Positions 63,067-64,000 of a stretch of 64,000 nucleotides of DNA are shown here, one piece after another; position 1 is the first letter of the stretch, and each line of letters starts with the position of its first letter. A model generated the notes under the pieces. That model was not told the DNA's origin. It did not search any database and saw only the letters and a program-made list of their open reading frames with translations. This DNA is from Hamiltosporidium tvaerminnensis FI-OER-3-3 (Eukaryota; Fungi; Microsporidia). The translations under genes and the position numbers were made by a program. Location: contig JAKIMF020000007.1 of NCBI GenBank assembly GCA_022605425.2, forward strand, positions 930,001 to 994,000, in the 5' to 3' direction.

Positions 63067-64000
63067 CTTTTTAGTAATAATATTATATTTTTATGAGATA
63101 AGAGTTTTAGCTGTATGCACCAGCCTTCTTCTTATTACGGGCTTGGAGCCCGCAGAGAAGAATCAATCGTATCCGGCTAGGTTTTTTATAATCCTTATGG
63201 ATCTTATATCATTCAATTATAAACTTGGACAACTTTAAACGGTGCTTCACGAGACAATTACTTTAAAATTTTAAAAACACTAGAATTTTTTTTCCTTTAT
63301 TAGGTTTACATGAGAAAAGGTTAAAACATAAAATTTATTTGGAATTAAAAAATACCGACCAGAAGTTTACAAAAGAATATGAATTTAGAATATTTATGAA
63401 TACATAGATTTTATACTTAATATTAAGAAAATGTATCTTATTTTTTCTATTTTCATAGATAAAGAAACAAATAACAAGGAAATCAATGTTTTTTTTCAAA
63501 ATTACATTGCATGCAGAAAAATTGTGTATTCATTTTTTGAGAAGAACCGAAGATTTTTTTTTCAAAAAACTTAAAAATATTAAAATTAAAATGCAATTTT
63601 ACAGCAGAATATTTAAAATCACTTTTGAGTTTTTGCACAAGAAATGAGAGGCTAACAATCAAGGCTAATTATATTGATTTTGAAAGTTAGGGGTTATTTG
63701 GTCATTTTCTATCCAGAATCGTAATACATCTTGGAAGATTTTGGTTTCGTTTATGTGTTGCCGGATATAAATTGTGAGTTTTCTAATATTTACCTAATAC
63801 ATTTTATTAATCGTAAGAATGCGAATAGAAACTCATAATATGAGGAAATTCTTTTGAAATGCATAGAATTTCTCAAAATTCTTATTATTATAGACATACA
63901 GAAAATTTAAGAATATTCATTAAAGGTGTGTTTTTAGCATTTTTCCATGTTAAATCCATCATCAAATTTAATTTTAACTTGGTTTCTCGCCTTATTGAAT

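Larger units (their letters stand above)
58690..63185 (-). mobile_element. Decayed RTE-type (APE + RT) LINE, interrupted by two copies of the ~730-bp element
   Basis: APE motifs SNNNGIRLIDF (~61750-61780), NQI.H (~61640) and RGADI..DHF (~61560-61590). RT motifs YKRISLLNI|AY (split at 60650/59911) and KQGDTL (~59545-59565). RTE-like 5' UTR motif GGCTGGTGCATACAGCTAAAACTCTTATCTCATAAAAA at ~63088-63125. Confidence 0.75.

Overview
Very AT-rich eukaryotic window that looks like a microsporidian genome (Nosema/Vairimorpha-like). This is an inference from the compact, fungal-type housekeeping genes and a CCC motif just upstream of many start codons. Host genes: an ALG14 homologue with a large hydrophobic repeat insertion, RPC17, PKC1, a DnaJ protein, GAPDH, a POT1-like OB-fold protein, a TM-RING-H2 E3 ligase that the ORF track misses, two related divergent kinases and several signal-peptide orphan genes. 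GAPDH, POT1 and the RING gene are split by single-base indels, probably assembly errors. About a third of the window is transposon-derived: a near-complete R4-like RLE non-LTR element with a 13-bp TSD plus two decayed copies, a decayed RTE LINE, a Ginger-like TIR integrase transposon and an internally deleted Helitron. The main unexplained item is a ~730-nt, relatively GC-rich, non-coding, apparently structured element present in at least 6 copies. It has a fixed 5' hairpin end, an AATAAA/A-rich 3' end and variable-length target-site duplications, so it behaves like a retroposed RNA that is not tRNA-derived. A candidate mid-gene 24-nt spliceosomal intron joins the ORFs of a membrane-protein gene at 52.3-53.2 kb. 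All alignments were made by eye.
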